The position numbers were made by a program, and so were the translations under genes. DNA of 64,000 nucleotides from Dipteris shenzhenensis (Eukaryota), in assembly GCA_047967505.1 (NCBI GenBank), contig CM106538.1; one strand, 5' to 3'. Below the pieces are notes generated by a model. The model ran no database searches. It was given only the letters and a program-made list of their open reading frames with translations, and had not been told where the DNA came from. Shown here one piece after another: positions 1-12,412 of this stretch; position 1 is the stretch's first letter, and the number at the start of each line of letters is the position of its first letter.

Positions 1-169
1 TTGAAGCATATGTGTTTGCCCACAAATGTACTTTTGGACAGATAGTGAATTGAAGAAGCTTGATGAAGTAAGAAGAAGATAAGTGCTCTTGCAAAGAGAG
101 AGAGAGATTTGGCTAGAAATGAAGGCTGAAATAGGCCTAGGCAGATGGTGAACAAATGCAGCATGGAAG

Positions 170-3100
170 CAACTATCAGGTCAACAAGATTTGGGGCAAA
201 AATGCTCAGCAAGTCATTGGTGAATTATAGATAGAAGTGCAAGAAAGCAATTCTGAAACCAAGACCTTGGTGTCTTGGTGAGGATGTTTGACCTTGAGAT
301 GTGGTTGGATGAGGAGTCGAAAACTTTTGTGAAAGTGAAGGATATTGATGAGTGCTTGGAGTCATCCAGGTGCTAGCTAGTATGGCTAACATAGAGGAGG
401 ATTCTTTGCCAGAACCTGTAGATTCCTTGACGTAGGAGGGGGCTACACATGGAAGCTGGGAGCTCAGTGCAAGCTCATGGTCTAGGTAATCTAGATTTAT
501 TCTTAGGATTTGATTTCTCGAGTATGTTGTTTAGTTGTGGACTTGATAGACCCTAAGAGCATGGTGTTTGGAGAAACTCAAGCAGTTATCCTTTTAAGGG
601 GACATTTGGAGGATGCTGGTGCCTAGAGTGCTAAAGTTCAAAGGTGGGTACGTGATTGAAGGATGTGGTGCCATCGGGTCCTACCAAAGATGGACTTGTG
701 TACCAAGTTGGTTCGCTTCCACGGGACTAGACCTGCTGGAGCAGAAGCCATTGGTTAAAAGAGCAAGAAGTAATATAGACACCGCATTGTTCCAAGGGGC
801 TACAACATGGGCACTGCGTTAGCATCTTCATCGATGAGTTGGGATATGAATGAGATGTGTCAGTAAGTGGGGGTGTTGGGAAATTCCTCCCCATCTATAA
901 GCCTCCATATGAGGAGAGCATGGGGGAGGTGGACCTAGGGTTAGGGCTACCACATGGGCAGCTTATCGACGGCTATCATGTGGGTAGCAAACTCAAAGGG
1001 AATACAAAGAAGAGGGGGCTGCCACATCGGCAACATCTAGGCTGCCAGGTGGGAAGCATACAAGCAATCAAGAAAAGGAATATGGGGCTGTCCCATGGGT
1101 AGCACATAGGCTTCCATATGGACAACACAATCATAGACTTACCTGGCCATGAGTGGAGCTCTTGGTGGAGAGATTCTGTATGGAGCAAACATGTGACAAG
1201 GTGGAACTATTCACAATAATTCTGGGCAAGATCTGGAGCTTGGAACATGTTGACTAGAGAATGGAGGCCTATGCAAGACTGTGTGGACATCCTGGAGTAG
1301 TCAAGTTGAGATTGGATGGATTGGAAGAGCTGGTACAGCCCAGAAGTGCATGGATCTGTAGTTGCCTTCATGACAAGTGTCTGCAGCAGCATGTATGAGG
1401 CTGGTACAGTAGATCTAGGGCAAGATGTAGCACTGGTACAGATGTGAAATAGTAGGTAGAAGGCTGGAGCTGATAGGCGATTGGCAGGACTAGACCATGG
1501 GCTAGAGATCAGGGCTAAACAGATGCAACATGGGGGCGACTATCAGGTCGGCAGGATCTTTGGCAAAAATGCCTTGCAACAGGGCATTGGTGAATTATAG
1601 ATAGAAGTTCAAGTAAGTAATTGTGGCAAAGCAAAAATTCAAGTCACTTATATCATATAGATGGTCTTGCAGATGAAGAACCAGTACTGCGTGGTCATAG
1701 GCAAATACAACGTTGTCTTCTATGTCCCTTTGCCATGAGTAGTCTTTCTCTGTATGCATTTGAGGGTTGTAGTAGGTTAAGGACTAGATTCGAGATTGAG
1801 AGTAGTCGAAAAGAGGGTTGGACATGTGGGTATTATATGGGCTATCTTCACAAGGTGTACAGAGCTGTTGGAGGCTGAAAAGGCTAGGGAAATAGTTAGA
1901 ATAGGAGTGGATTGGCCAGGGTAGATGTGTGTCTCCATGGAGTAAAAGGTTGACTAGATTCAGGGATAGAATATGCTCTAGAAGAAGGTGACTAGGCTGC
2001 AAGGTAAGGTTTGCTAGATTTAGGCTAGGAAAGGCCTCATATATAGGCGTGGCCAAGCATGGCCATGAATGCTTGCTTATAGGCTAGGCGGAGGCAGCCA
2101 ACTAGACCAACTTGCATGTTAGATGGTAGGGGCTTTGCTAGTTGGTTTTTAGGGTTGCCCGGGTCAATTTTGGACAGCATATGTCAGCCCACTAGGGCTG
2201 TTGGGTTGGCTACTTTTGGATAGGGATTTGCCCTATATAAAGGGGCCTTTGGGGCCTCACTACTCATTCACCTAAGGAGTAGATTGGAGCTGCAGGTAGT
2301 CTGCCTAAAGGACCAAGACATGCACATGGCCATCAGCAACAAACGAGCTCGTGAGGATCAAGACCCTTTGCTATCCTCAAGGGTAGCAAGGAGAGTGGGA
2401 GTTAGGAGACCTATTCATGACTGTGAAATACACATAAGTAAATAAGTTTTTGATTTCGTAGTTAGACACTTTCGTGTGTAATTCTTGGGACACACTATTA
2501 GCCTTCGTTGTGGGATACCCTCTCTAAGCCCCCATATGAGGAGTGTGTGGGGAGGTGGAGTTCAGCTTAGGGTTGTCACATGGGCAACACTATGGTTGTC
2601 ATGTGGGCAACAAATCCAAAAGGAAAAGCATGAAGAGGGGGCTGCCACATGGGCAACACCTAGGCTACCATGTGGGCAACAAGCTCTAAGAGAGTCATCG
2701 AGAAGGGCTTCCACATGGGCAACAAACAGGCTGCCATGTGGGCAACACAATGAAGGACATATCTGGCATGTTAGAGGCTCTTTGGAGAACTGGATTATCA
2801 TAGATTAGAGGCAAAATGCTTGCAAGACAAATGTGACTGCTTGCAACAGCAGATAACCGACTAGATCTGAGACTGAGAGTAGTCCAAACAGTGAGCAAGA
2901 TAGGCAGGTATTTATCAAGCTATCTACAAAAGGTGTACGGAGCTATTGGATGCTAGAAAGTACCGAGAAATAGTCAGAACAAGGGCAGATTGGCACATCC
3001 ATCGAGCAAAAGGCGAATCAATTTAGAGTTGGAATATGACGTAAAAGAAGGCGAATACGTTGCAAGATATGACACACCAGATTTGGCCATGAAAGGGTCT

Positions 3101-3230
3101 CATATACATGTATATCTGGCTAAGGCAGGTGAAGGCCAATGGAAGCTAGCCATGTGGCCAAGAAATGCCATGAAGGCTTGCTTATAAGCCAGGTAGAGGT
3201 AGCCAACCAACCCGAGTTGCACATCGGCAG
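170..3230. repeat. Degenerate dispersed direct repeats, probably decayed LTR/retroelement non-coding DNA
   Basis: 170-255 resembles 1537-1625; ~895-1200 resembles ~2525-2835; ~1840-2125 resembles ~2915-3225. Recurrent CCACATGGGCAAC motif and an LTR-type CCCTATATAAAGGGG box at ~2231. No credible ORF. Confidence 0.5.
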
Positions 3231-5155
3231 GTACGAACTGTGCCTTTGCTTTCAATGACTGTCTCTGCCCCTCCCTACTTCCCAGGAGCTGCGCTTCTTC
3301 AATAGAGGATTTGCTTAAGAATATTAGGGGATGTTGCTGCCATAGAATGATCATTAGGGTATTGTATGGCTATAGCTCTATGTCTATAATGATTTAACAT
3401 CCTCTCTCTTCTATTTGCATGCAGCATGTTTGGTGTTGTTTTGTTCAAGCATGGGAGGAACAAAAGCTAGCTACAACGTGGTGCACTCAATCTCAAATGA
3501 GTGAAGAAGTGTTAGTGCTTAGGAAGGCACGCATTCCACTTCTATGTGGATGGAGCTTCTATCCTAACATTTTTTGACAAGCACAGACAATAATTGGCAG
3601 TCATCATCTTGAACCACCACTGCTCAAGGCAAGGACCAAAAATACAACTACCACAGCCATAGGTCCCAGCGAGAACCACAGCTAAACACAAGATGAAGGC
3701 AGGTCTGTATACTCTTCTAACTCTTCTATATAATCAAAGCCAAAATGCGATCGATAAAGGTAGGAGGTTTTGAAATTTGGTTTCAAAGCTAGACTGCAAT
3801 TGATAAAAGTCAGAGATTTTGAAATTTTCTGGCAAAGCGGTCAATAAAAGTAGAAGATGTATGGTCTCGTATTGCTGAAGGAGCAGTATGGCTCTTGCTA
3901 AGATTTTACAAATGGAAGGAAGATCAGGGACCTCTGAAGCAAGAGCCAGTGATGTTATTACAAAGAAAACTGAGCAATATGTATTGATGAGTTAAATATG
4001 ACTAGGAGGTAATGAGGCATTGTTGATCATGGATTGCATTAAGTTGATTATCGCATGGATTCCATTATGTTTGCTATCTCATACTTTTAGAGTCCATGGC
4101 GTGGAATGAATAGGTTGAGAACTTTAGATGGGATAGATAATAGAGTGAATTTTGAGGAGACGTTCAAACCACTATATCAAACTTTGGGCGGGCTGTTAAA
4201 TTATGGATGGAATGTTTATGAAAAAAGTGGAGTAAGGGGGAGGTGAAGAGAATGAATTTTAATGCAGATTCTTGCTATTTATGAGGGAGAGGGCCCTTCT
4301 CTCTTATTTATAATTATATGTATTTAAAGCACATTAACCTAGGTTTTAGAGTGAGTTTTTATTTCTAGATATGCACTTTTTCCATCTCTCCTTAGCAAGC
4401 CGGATTTTAATTTCTTTAGGAAGTTATGCCCTATAGTTTGATTTACTCCATTCATTCTTCACATCTAAGCATTAGTATAGGTTATAATATTGCTTGACAA
4501 ATTGATGATGGCTCTCATATTCAAGGACTCAATTACTTTACTACTTTATCTTTGTGTGTTTAAAGATATCACTCAGATTTTGACATTCATCTATAAAGGT
4601 TAAGAGGAACGTGCAAATATAATGGCTTGGCCTCTCAGATTTTGGAGGGGTTCTTTCCAAAATGTTTTTTGCCGGTTTTGGGAATGGCTTAGCAAAGTTT
4701 TTGGGATGTATGCTTTATGTTTTGAGGTTTATCAATACTTTTTAGTTGTGTATTAAAGGAAAAGTGGATCAATAGCACTCTCCTAAACTTAGTCCATCAT
4801 GTTCAGTCCTACTTCTTTGAAGTTTTACTCAATAAAAGTGTTAGCCTTAGTGCACACTTTATTAAAAATCATTGGAACCATTCTGATCTTATTTTTTGAA
4901 GTAAAATATAAATAGCTCCTAAAATTGTCATGTGTACTTCACCTTTACATGTTGTGTGAAAGCATTCACATAAAACATTTAAGTGATGGTCAATATAGAA
5001 CCCATCTTTTCTTGAACTTTTCCTTAAGTCAAACCTTTGGACTTTGCATTTGGGGTTACTTCATTGTTGACTTCATATTCATGACGATGCTAATGCCTTT
5101 GGAACGGGGCTTCTATATTTAGTTCTAAATCTATCTAGATTTGTGTCACTATATA

Positions 5156-6034
5156 TCTATTTCTATTCTATTTCTTAAGGAGGACTTGTGCCACGTGTCA
5201 TGAGGAGCTCAAGTGGAGGGAGAGTTGGGAGATGTGACACGTTGTGCTTTCTTAATGTCTCCTTGACAAGCCCTTTCTAACCTCACCCTTTCAACATAAT
5301 GCCTTCCTGCCCACGCTTCAGCTTTCAAAATTCCCAGTTTGAGTGGTCTAATTGGCCTTGGCATGAAGTCGATCTTGCTCTCTTTGCCGTTGCCTCCTCT
5401 CTCTCGCCTCCTGACCAAATCCAAACCCTCCACTACCTCTACTTTCAACGATCATAGTTCATACTTAGCTAGCTCTTAAGATCTTCGGATGTTATAGTCT
5501 TTTCATGTTTCATGAGGAGACCTTCCATACATTCTTAAATCATCCACTTGACCTTTCTCTATTTGAGCCACTATTCGAGGAGACCTTTCATACATTCTTA
5601 AATCATCTTTCATACATTCTTAAATCATCCACTTGACCTTTCTCTATTTGAGCCACTATTCGAGGAGACCTTTCATACATTCTTAAATCATCCACTTGAC
5701 CTTTCTTTATTTGAGCCACTATTCCTACTCGAGTAGAGCATTCATGCGATGCTTTTATTAGGTAGCCTGGCAGCCTAACAGTTGTCTTATTATATTGCTA
5801 TGGGCTCCATCGAGTGGAGAAACATAGAATTGCTATCTCTTTTTGGTTGTCATTCCTTTTGCGTTAATCGTTATTATGTTCTAAGACAGTGCATGGACTA
5901 CTGCCAACATAGAACTCTTATTTTCCTTTGACAAACTGAGATGTTGCTTGCTTTGACCGAGAATTCTTATATATAGATAGAGAGAGAGAGAGAGAGTTTA
6001 GTGCATGTGCGTGTGCATCATGAGGGACACAATC

Positions 6035-6074
<40 letters not shown>

Positions 6075-6320
6075 CATTTGTGTGTGTGCAAGAAGGGGGG
6101 TGGGGGTTGTGCGAATGCTTTGCCTCTCCATCATCACATGGTCGCTCTTCTAACTAAATAGTTCAGTAAAACTGAGCATAGAGCCAAGCCAAGTGGTACC
6201 TATGGTGGAGGATTTTGAAACTTGAAATTCTATTGCTAGGAATTACAAACATTTTAAGATCTCACTTTGAGACCCAGCAGAGCGGGTCTTTAACCTATCG
6301 TAGACGGGTCATGCTACTAG
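5156..6320 (+). mobile_element. Putative non-autonomous Helitron
   Basis: 5' A|TCTATTTCTATT...CCACGTGTCA. 3' imperfect hairpin CCTATCGTAGACGGG followed by CTAG|T at 6317-6321. Matches the canonical TC...CTRR ends at an AT target; no TSD. Confidence 0.45.
5514..5724. repeat. Tandem repeat, ~63-bp unit, about 3 copies
   Basis: GAGGAGACCTTTCATACATTCTTAAATCATCCACTTGACCTTTCTCTATTTGAGCCACTATTC repeated, with one internal partial duplication. Confidence 0.9.
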
Positions 6321-6327
6321 TAATGTA

Positions 6328-7883
6328 TAAAGAAAGAAAAAGGGGGTTTAGAAATAATTATATAGAAGGGGATTTAAAAATAGAAAGGGGACAAAATAGT
6401 AAAAAGGAAAAGAAGGGGGGAGTAATTAAAAAAGGAGGGAGAGTTTAACAGTAAAAAATAGAAAGGGGGGGGGTAAAAAGGAAAGGGGAGAAATTGAAAC
6501 ATCTATTGGAAAGGGGGAAAAGGGAAGGGGGGGTTTTGCTGTACGTGTAATGTATTTATAGAGCTAAAAAAGACGTAGGGTGGGTTTTTTGGAAATAAAT
6601 AAAGTAGAAAAGAGAGGGGGGGTTTATTAAAATGATTAACGAAATCTAAAGAAACGAGGAGGAGGGGGGGGGGCTGGGAAGTGCGGGGGTTTAATCAAGA
6701 CAGAGAGGTAAAAAAGACCTCAGAATCCATGCTTGGATGGAGAGGCATGAAGGCGCGCGCGGGGAGGGAGTAGCGAAAGCGGAGGCTGTCAGAGTAGCAG
6801 TGTCGAATGGCGGTCGGAGCAAGTACGTGAAAGTTGGCGGGGTGGAGCAGTGAGCTGCGGGGGGCCAGACAGTAGCAGGGCCGAGTGAACTGTGGGGTGC
6901 AGAAAGCAACAGAGCAGCATCACGTCAGGAGTGCGAGACATGAGCGAGGAGCTTGTAGACAGTGTGGTGACGGCGTGGACCAGAGAGCTGGCGGTGGGAG
7001 AAAGGAGGAGAGTAAGGAGGGAGAAGGGAGTAAGGGGTGGAACAGTGGGGCAGCGGGCGGGAAACAGCAGCAGAGCCACGTTCGGGTTGGATCAGTGAGC
7101 AGCAGGGGAGCTTCTGAACGGGAGCGCGAGATGCGAGGTGATGAGAGACTTGTAGGCTGTAGTGAGTGAAGGGGAGGGGATTAATAAATAGGGAACAGGC
7201 TAGTCGGGGGAGTCGCGGAGGTGAGCCTGAGGGGGTAGAGGGAGTGGAAGAACCGCGGAAGGCGAGGCGTAAGGACTGCTGTGGGGAAGCGGGTACGACG
7301 CGTAGAGCGAGGAGATCAGGCCGCACAGTGAGGAGAGTAGGAAGCGAGGTCGAAGGGGCAGTGCACGTGTTGGCATAGGAGAGGGGTATAACTAAAAAAG
7401 GAAATTAAAACAACCGGGGGTACTAGTTAGTTTTAGGCTTAGTTAAAAGACATAAGTTTCTTTTAGGCTTAGTGAGAACACATAGGGAAAACTTAGGGGA
7501 GCATAGAAAAAATTAGGGAGAATAGGGTTAGGGAAAATAGAAAAGAAGGGAATTAGAAAAATAGGGAAATTTAGAAAAATAGGAAATTAGGGAGATTAGG
7601 GAAATAGGAACATGGGAGAAAAGGAAATTAGAAAAAATGGAATAATAAGGCAATTTAGAGAAATAAAAAGGAAAGGAAAACAAAAAAAATAGGAGAATAG
7701 TAAAAATTAATAGGGGATGGGAAAAATATGGGAAAATTAGGGAATTAGGGAGTGTAAAAGAGAGAAAGGACAAAGAGTGTAAATGTAAGGGGGGAAGGAA
7801 AAAGAAGGGAGAGGGGTTTTTTGGGGGGGAGGGGGGGAAGGGAAAAAATGTAAAGTAACTGTAAGGGAAAAAATGAATAGGAA
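6328..7883 (-). repeat. Pseudo-LTR copy (3' side) of Penelope-like element
   Basis: Direct repeat of 12413-13949, with the same start TAAAGAAAGAAAAAGGGGGTTT and the same end ...GGGAAAAAATGAATAG. Abuts a (TG)n tract and flanks the RT ORF. Confidence 0.8.
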
Positions 7884-7983
7884 GTGTGTGTGTGTGTGTG
7901 TGTACCCGCCTTTGCCCGAGTAGAGTACATCACACAAGGTGAGACAGTAGGTCATCACCGAGTGTGATGACCTATTGTCTACC
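7884..7983 (-). other. Conserved 3' terminal structure of the PLE: 17-bp hairpin, second stem, (CA)n
   Basis: Inverted repeat 7942-7958/7964-7980 directly after the ORF stop. The same structure recurs at 14837-14875 and 19481-19519. Confidence 0.8.
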
Positions 7984-10900
7984 CAAAAAGGGAAAGAAGT
8001 GTGTGTGAATTGAGTTTAAGTTGTGGAAAGGAGTTTGAGGCAATGTAGTTGTAAATGATTTTCCTGATTCTATGGGGAAGGAAGCTGTTGTCCTTGCAAA
8101 TGTCAATAAGTAAAGATAAATGAAAAAAGGCATCAAATTCATCAGAACATGAGTAAAGGATAGGGAGAATGAAGGTTAGGCAAACTTTGTAAGAAGATGA
8201 AAACGGTCGGTTGCTATGGCAGAGCAAATAAGGGAGATGGTGGAAAATTTGAGGAATTTTTTCTTTCAAACAAATGTGGAAAAAAAATCTCCAAGAAAAG
8301 GAGGGGAAAGAGAGATGTGAGTGTTTAAAAAGGTGCAAGAGAGTCCTATGAGATTTTGGTTGGTGTTGATAAAGGAGGAGGTTAAGCTACATAAGGGAGA
8401 TGATGTGAAGAGGGTAGATGGTAGGGGGTCATCCTCATTGAGAGGTCTGGAGGGGTTAAGGAAATTAGTGATGAGGGGATTATTGATGAAGAGGATGTCG
8501 TCGGCATACCTAAAGGTAAGGAGAAAGAGAGAGAGAAAGTTGGAAAGGCCAAGACGTGCTAACTTCTTTATGAACTTGAGCTCCAAAGAAGTGAGATACA
8601 AGTGGCACCAAAGAGGTGAACAAGAGAAGCCCATGGGGACGCCTTTAGATTGGGTCCAGCAGAGAGAGCTAGCTTGGATAACACATGAATCAAGAAGAAG
8701 GTGGTTGTACCTTAGAAATGTATCAAAGCTAAAAAGAGTTTTTACATTGATCCTTTTTGTGAGGTGGAAACTACCAAATTTGAGATAGAAGCCTTTGTAG
8801 CCTACTTTAGAAGCAAGTTTGCAAAAATAGGTGAGGGATTCCATAAGGCTAAAAGGGCCAAAGTGGGGAATGGCTTTGTAGCAATTTGCTATGTCAGAAA
8901 AATATTAGGAGTGAATCTCAAGGGGTAAATTAACGAGGAATTGTAAGTTAGAATCAATGCCCCAAAGCATGTTTGTGGAAACATTGAGAAAGTTTTTATA
9001 GGTGGAATGTTGTTTTTCTCCCTTTAGGGAGATGACATTTTTTAGCTCTTTGAGCCCAGAGGCTAAGAGATCAGTAAGTGAAGAGAAGATGCAATTATGG
9101 GCATTGGTAAGCCAACAAAAGCTATGTTTGTGTGCCTTATAGGTACACATGAGATAGGGTAAAGAGTTAAAAGAAAAAGGAAGATTGAGGGAATCAAGGG
9201 TAGTAGCAAGGGATGAGGAAGGGGGGTTGGATGAGGGTACGAATTCAAGGGAGTTTAATCTTTCAAGGGTCAAGGTGTGTACTAAAAATTTGCAAAGAAT
9301 GATGGGGGTTTGGGAGGCCTTATCCAAACCAGTGATGAAAACATGGCCAAGAAGCCAATTAACTTCGTTGAGAAGAGTTTTATCTTCAAGAGGAGACTTT
9401 TGGATTTTAAGAAGGGGAAAGAAGGCACGGAAATCTTTCCAAAAAAGAAGGGAGAGGCATTTTAAAAGGGGAAAGAGTAGGGTCCAAGTTTTAGGGAGAA
9501 ATAGACGTCGTGGAAGGTTTGGATGAGTGCTTGAAGAGCGAGATGTGGATCTAAGGGTGTGATAGGAATGTGATTAAGGCCATAACGAATGTGGGAGTGG
9601 AGAAAAGGATGATGAAAGAAGCTAGGGTCAGAGGTACAAATATGAAGTTTGTTGTCAAAGGATTTGAGAAAGAGTTTAAACCTTTTGAGAGAAGTGCAAA
9701 GACAAGATGAGGTGAAGTTTTCTGCTAAGAAGGTAAGTTTAGGCTTCTAGAGAAGGGATCTAAGGGGAGGCGTATATTTCCAACTAAAGGCAAAAGTGTC
9801 AAAGGTTTGAACAGTGTCTGAAAGGGAATTGAAATGTAAAAGTAGAGTATTTCTATAAAGGGACTTGGGAGGGATTTTAGTTAGAATTTTGTTAGTGTAC
9901 GGAACATGAAAATATTTCAGATTCTTTTGAACAGGAGACAACTATAAATGCAGTAAGCCATTGTTGAGAAGAGTAGTAGTGTGTACCTCGAGTGAACCAG
10001 AAGGGGCAATCTGCAAAATCGAAGAGCCGAAGAAGATCGGTGCTTATCCTAATCAATGGAGTAGTGTAGATCATCATCATGAAGAGCTTTAACTTTGGGA
10101 ACTGAAGCAGTGGATGAGGTCGACAGGGAGTTTTTAACTAGGGAGGCTTGTGAAAGATTAATCTCAGGAGCAAGAGGGGATGTCTTCTGAAGTTTGGGTG
10201 TATACTTAGGAGGAGAACTATGCCTGTGTTAGAGTGAGAGGTTGGTTTTTGAAGATGAGGGAAGGGAGAGAATGTTGAGAGCAAGAGAATGTCTTGGAAG
10301 GTTTTGGAAGGAGGAGGGGAAGGTAAAGTCAACTGAGGGTGTAAGGGATTTGGCAGTTTCAATAAGTATGACTCGGAAAGAAATGATAAAAGGTGATAAG
10401 GTAAAAGCTGACTTCTTTTGGTAACTAAGAAGCCCAATTGAGAAAGGTGAAAAACTTGGCTTGAAGGGAGCTAAGAGGAAAGAAGACATCTAAGTGATTA
10501 AGCATGTACCATAAAACATGGTCAAGCCATAAAATGGAGGATTTACAGGAGAGATTGGTCTTCTTAATAAGGCAAGTGCATTTAATGTAAGGACAAAACA
10601 CATTCCATCAGTTTCTGACATAGTAATTGTCATCTTTGTTTGAGAAGCCAAAAGGTTGGAGCCTTTGGAGCAGAAAAAGATCTCCTTAGTGAGACCACAC
10701 TTGGAGTTATCAACGGTTTTAAGAAAGAAGGGGATGTTAAGGAAGTAATTAGAATTTAAACGCTAACGACCATGGTAGGCATCATTTTTGCATTGTTCGA
10801 CCTCTTTGGAAGAGAGGTTACAAAGGAAGGCAAGAGACTAGATGGTGAAAGGGGCAAGGAAGCTAAGATTGTCAAGGCACCATATTTTGTGGTCAAGGCA

Positions 10901-11499
10901 TGTGTCTGGAAGGGAGTAAAGGAACACATGATGCAAAATTCTTCAGCTCCTTTCCTTCAAGGGGTTGAGGAAGCTAAGAGTGAGACTGGGAGAGGGTCTC
11001 AAAAGAAGCTTTGTCCTCAGGGGAGAGGAGGTCAAGGTTGATGAAGGAATGAAAGGTGCTGTTGGGAGGAGTAAGGCCCGGTGGGGATGTGGAGTGGGAA
11101 AGTACCATTGAGGATGAGTATGTCATTGGCGAGGCCGGGGATGATGGAGTGATACTCATTAAGAGCAGTGGTATCACCAAGATAAATTGCAAAAAGATTA
11201 TCAGCAACTCTTTGAATGCTTGCTAGAGCACCATCAGTTTCAGAGCAGGAGAATTTCAGAAGTTTAACCCAATCATTGAAGGAGAGGGTTTTGATGAGTA
11301 AAGGGGAGCTTTTTGCCAAAGCATTAAGATCATGAGTCCTGATAAATGAAAAGAACTCAAACACCTGAAAGCATGAGAGTATTTCCTGATTGCAGACAGC
11401 AGGGGAGAGGGAGTAGGAAGTGGATTGTTGAGAGTCTTTGCCTAGAGCAAGACATCCCAGGAATGTTTTTGTAAAGGAGGGGAGAAGAGAAAAAAACAA
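7979..11499 (-). pseudogene. Degenerate ORF of a Penelope-like retroelement (Naiad/Chlamys type): CxC linker + reverse transcriptase
   Basis: Minus-strand translation gives WKYTPPLRSLL*..SCLC..LHICTSD..RYGLNHIP (CxC at 9696-9704), then DKASQTPIILCK, LPYLMCTYKAHK, NMLWGIDSN, SDIANCYKAIPH, QSKGVPMGFSCSPLWCHLYLTSLE, FRYADDILFINN and a C-terminal HSNRPFSSSYKV. Several stops and frameshifts. Confidence 0.85.
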
Positions 11500-12412
11500 G
11501 TTAGATCAATGAGTCAAAAAGCCAAAAAATGGCCTTGATTACTTAAAGGAACTATGTGTAACTATCCAAAGTTGCAGGGAAAAGTGTGTGTGTGTGTAGT
11601 AGACATTAACAACACCCCTTTGCATAGTGAAGAGTAGACAAATTTGGAGTGAAAAAAGAGAAATGTTTTAATAGAAATACTTTGCAATAAATATCCACAA
11701 AAAAGGAAGTAACATCATCAAAGGACGAACAATCTTTTCAAAAGAGACAAAGCAAGCAGTAGAGCTTTGAAAAGTCGTTGGCAGCATCACTTTTATTGAA
11801 GAGGGGAGTCTACCTACCTGCCACCATCCAACAAGAAAAATGATAAGAACCATGTTTCAACTTGGTTGGGAAGACAGGTGTCATCAACACCCCTCCCTTG
11901 TTATTGGATTCACAATAAAAATCGATGCTTTTGCTTACACACTTTTCAAGCTTAAGTAGTAAAGATAATGAACTTTTGTAAAAAAGTTTTGGTTGAGTAA
12001 GGAGCAATATTTAGCACTATTAGCCAAAGGTTTATGAAGAAAAAATAACGCACATTTAACTTAAAAGAGGTTAATGCAAAAATGAAAGAGGTGAGAGAGA
12101 AAGGGTTTAATTAGAAGGAATTTAATAAGTTAGGGGTGGCATGAGAGGGTGAGGAAAATACTTTTTATGAAAAAGGTAAGCACGAGGGAAGAATTGGGAA
12201 CAGAAAAAAGAAGGGGTTGTTGTAAGAGAAAGGGAGAGAGAGAGAGTGGGCTTTAAAGTAGGGGGTCTTAAGAGGGAACATAGAAAAAACCTAAAGATAT
12301 TAAAGAAAAATAAGGTGCCAAGGAAAGAAAGGAGGTAGAGAAGCACAAGGTGAGGAGTCGTTTGTTATAAATAGAGAGGTTAAAGCAAAAAAGAGAGGGG
12401 TATCTTAACGTT

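Noticed and set aside
5514-5724. CRISPR-like array (also 20767-20902 and 24500-24612)
   Set aside because: These are contiguous tandem units without unique spacers, there are no cas genes, and the context is eukaryotic.
6691-7378. Overlapping ORFs in the GC-rich part of the pseudo-LTR
   Set aside because: The frames are not preserved in the second copy (12824-13422) and contain no recognisable motifs.
7940-7983. Hammerhead ribozyme or SECIS element at the PLE 3' hairpin
   Set aside because: There is no CTGANGA plus GAAA core in a three-way junction. The stem is fully Watson-Crick without a SECIS quartet, and the in-frame stops are mixed TAG/TAA/TGA.
8321-9526. Plus-strand K/R-rich ORFs
   Set aside because: They are antisense shadows of the pyrimidine-rich PLE RT frame.
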